From the NCBI GenBank assembly GCA_951406725.2, contig OX597816.1, forward strand, positions 81,344,001 to 81,408,000: a stretch of 64,000 bases of DNA, read 5' to 3'. Numbering within the stretch: the stretch's first letter is position 1; each line of letters starts with the position of its first letter. Positions 60,620 through 64,000 of this stretch are shown here, in pieces. Source of the stretch: Octopus vulgaris (lineage: Eukaryota). The notes under the pieces are model-generated. The model worked only from the letters and a program-made list of their open reading frames with translations, searched no databases and was not told where the DNA came from. A program made the translations under genes and the position numbers.

Positions 60620-60966
60620 AACTTAAACTACACAAAACGTTACTACGGGTTTCTCGTAGCCGATATTCGGACGATTATGAAAAATAGAACATGAAATTCG
60701 ATATATAATGAGCATACAGTAAAAATGTTTGGAACAACAGCGAACGCCGGTCAACATGAACTGGTAACTCATATCGTAATTTTCGGATTATGATATCTAT
60801 TATTTATCAGGAAATGAAAATCGATTAGATTTAAGAAATCTTTATCGATCTGAGTGCAGACGTTATACCATAAAATATTACTTGTTCTATTTTTTACGTT
60901 TGGAAACAAAAATGATTTCTGCACCTTCCCACAGCATCGCTGAGCAGCAGTGATGTTAATAGGCAA
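60620..60966 (-). mobile_element. Penelope-like element 3' fragment
   Basis: KNRTSNILWYN..TQIDKDFLNLIDFHF..NNRYH (PLE post-RT motif), then a degenerate HHR-like core and AATAAA. Confidence 0.55.
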
Positions 60967-61094
60967 TGTTCAAATTTTTGTTACTCACTTTATGCCACGT
61001 CTTTTTCGTCCTATTCTCTATACAGCAACCCAACCAAATACACGTAGCTCCAGTCGCCAAATGATTATACACTTTTATTCTTGCTGAGGATATA

Positions 61095-61133
<39 letters not shown>

Positions 61134-61135
61134 AC

Positions 61136-61253
<118 letters not shown>

Positions 61254-61259
61254 AATATA

Positions 61260-61465
61260 TACTTTTAATTGTTTCAGTCATTTGACTGCGATCGTAGTAG
61301 AGCACCGCCTTGAAGGATTTTTAGTCGAACAAATCGATCCCAAAACTTATTCTTTGTAAGCCTACTACTTATTTTATCGGTTATTTTGCCGAACCGCTAA
61401 GTTACGGGGACGTAAACACACCAACATCGGTTGTCAAGCGATGGTGGTGGGACATATACAGACAC
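61260..61465 (-). mobile_element. SINE family 3, 3' half
   Basis: Plus strand TGTTTCAGTCATTTGACTGCG..TTAGTCGAACAAATCGA..GCCGAACCGCTAAGTTACGGGGACGTAAACAC. Confidence 0.8.
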
Positions 61466-61486
61466 AAAGACACACACACATGAATA

Positions 61487-61527
<41 letters not shown>

Positions 61528-61796
61528 CGTTCTTGTATTTGGTTTGCAAGATTCTTTATGTGAATTCGTGTGTTGAAGCATATTTTATTGTGTCTGGGGT
61601 GACTCATTCTGTTTTAATGCCTCATTAATTAACACACTCACCGGTTCGATTTCCACTCATTTACGAATTTAATTTTTCTAAAATTTTCGTTGCTTCTTAC
61701 AACTTCTTCAATAGTCGTTGATTCTGTCCGTTATCGGAGCTTCGTTCTTTTTCTCTGTTTGTATGCATGTGTGCGTCAGTGTGCATGTGTATATAC

Positions 61797-61827
<31 letters not shown>

Positions 61828-61879
61828 TGTATGTATGTATGTATGTATGTATGTGTATATATGTATGCGTGTATGTATA

Positions 61880-61928
<49 letters not shown>

Positions 61929-61989
61929 ATATATATATGCGTGTGTGTATGTTTGTATGAATGCATTCTAAATATTCATGTGTTTGTGT

Positions 61990-62045
<56 letters not shown>

Positions 62046-63350
62046 TTGTGTTTGTACCTCTGTCTCCTTGCAATTAATCTTAATGAAAAGTATAGAAGTA
62101 AATCAAGATAAATCAAAATAAGGTCGGTTGGAATTTATTTAATAGAACAAAAGCATTTACCGTAGAACGACAATCAGCCATTTAATGACTTTTATGGCGA
62201 CAATTGTAGTAAGATAAGAGAATAGCAAAGAAAGTCTATATTATGATTTCATCCACTCCGTTCCTCATACAGTTTCATCGAAATCACGCTCTCATCGACA
62301 TACATCCAATTTGTGTGTGAGAGTATGTGGACATTAATTCATGTAAATGTGTGCATTTATGTATGCGCACACTCACGTTTTGCTTCGAATTTTTAAAACT
62401 CATTTTTTCGCTTATCTGTTAGTTGAATTGAAATATTATGAAACTCAAGATTGTATTTTATTATTCCTCTGAGAAAATACCTTGTGGTATTTAGTTACGT
62501 TCTGAATTCAAATTTCAATGGATTCGATTCTTTCTTTCATTATTTTCTTTTTTCTTTTTTTTTTTTTTCTTTGCAGTTCATAAGTACCAGTCATATTCAA
62601 GTTGATTCAATGGACTATACCCTACACCAAATTCTTCATCTTGTAAAAATAAAATACATTTTCATTCATATAGTCTCTCTGTTTCTGGGTTTAAGGGTAT
62701 TTTTACATGGAATATAGAGTTGTTTTAGGCGATCTTGAGTTTTGGCTGGCATCGTAGCATAAAGCTATGTGAATAAGTGAGTTTTGTGTGTGCCTGTATA
62801 TCTATGCGCACTGAACGTACTAGATGATCGTATTAATGTGGAAAAGTTTCTTATCGTTTCAATTATTTTGTTTTTTCTGTAGACTGAATGTTTGCTAAGT
62901 ATATAAGAGCTTCAAATAAAAGCTACCTGCTGTAGTTCTTGGATTGAAGGGTACTCTCGTGTGATTGGCTGTTTGTAAATAATTTCCTTTATTTATCACT
63001 GCAAAAGCTTCTATAACAATAGTTGTCACAGTGCTATCCAATGCTGCAAATTCATGTCACTTTAATCTGTAAATCTTTGTTATTTCAAATGTTTTACTCT
63101 CTCTTTGATTGATACGTTCCTATCCACAAGAAATAAGTTTTCAGGAAATGGTATGCATTTTATTTTTGCATTCTTTCCGGATTATATACGATCGATTGGC
63201 TAAGATATCGGTCGATATATGCGGTTAAGTTTCCTATATGCTTACACCATTGGTTCTCGGGTAATTTTAGGGTTATTTTGAGCGGTTTTTCTCTATGATG
63301 TCTATTGTATTATATCGGAGAATTTATCGGTGAAAATTCATAATATATAT

Positions 63351-63515
63351 AGGTGCAGGCTTGGTTGCATGGTTAGGAAAATCGCTTGGCAACCATGTGG
63401 TTTCGGGTTCAGTCCTACTGGGTGATGCATTGGGCAAAGTGTCTTCTACTATATCCCCGGGCCAAGCAATGCCTATGAGTGAATTAAGTCAACGGAAACT
63501 GCGTGGAAATCCACT
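63351..63515 (+). mobile_element. SINE family 3, 5' half
   Basis: AGGTGCAGGCTTGGTTGCATGGTTAGG..GGTTCAGTCCTACTG..TTGGGC..GTGTCTTCTACTATA..ACGGAAACTG. Confidence 0.75.
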
Positions 63516-63520
63516 ATATA

Positions 63521-63572
<52 letters not shown>

Positions 63573-64000
63573 AAAAAAAGAGGTTGAAAATGGATTGAGA
63601 ATAGTTAAAATATTTTTTATTAATGTATTTAAAACTTTAACCGGTTTCACAGTATACACTGATTTTTAAAAGGTTGAAATAGAAAGACATAGCTTATGTC
63701 GCAGCTGTCTTACTTTTGACTAGTGTCTGAAGCTTGCCCTATTTTTATAGGGAGTTCATAGCTCAAATTATTATTATACTTTGAATAAGATTTGATTGGT
63801 AGAGGATAGTCACATCACTGGTCTTAGAAATTTTTGTAAGTTTTCCGCTACATCCGTGTGTTAGTATTATTCATAGGACCTCAGCATGCTTCATCTTATG
63901 AAATTGAAGCTATAAAATAGTGCAGACACTATGATAGAATTATTTCCTCTATTTCGTTCCTTATATTTAGTTACCATCTGAACAATAACTTCAGTCACCA

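Overview
AT-rich, microsatellite-dense animal DNA made almost entirely of transposable-element debris. The SINE families and microsatellite load suggest a coleoid cephalopod (Octopus-like); this is an inference. I found no host protein-coding gene I can support, and most ORF-track entries are microsatellite read-throughs. Supported content: three Helitrons (a Rep/PIF1-helicase pseudogene-bearing element at ~45.19-49.37 kb, a related non-autonomous element at 28.70-31.08 kb, and a 388-bp mini-element at 59.18-59.57 kb); Tc1/mariner relics (DD34E, DD37D, mariner); a hAT MITE with a Penelope-like element (PLE) nested inside; a GG..CC/8-bp-TSD MITE carrying telomere-type repeats; CR1/L2-type, RTE-type and PLE retroelement fragments; and many tRNA-headed SINEs. 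The most notable signals absent from the ORF track are several minimal type-I hammerhead ribozyme (HHR) motifs (best at 24153-24197, inside a foldback), long palindromes, a mosaic Helitron architecture and a SINE flanked by a ~110-bp duplication. PLE-linked hammerheads are a known class, so I cannot claim a wholly new system. The ribozyme/foldback mini-elements are the best lead.
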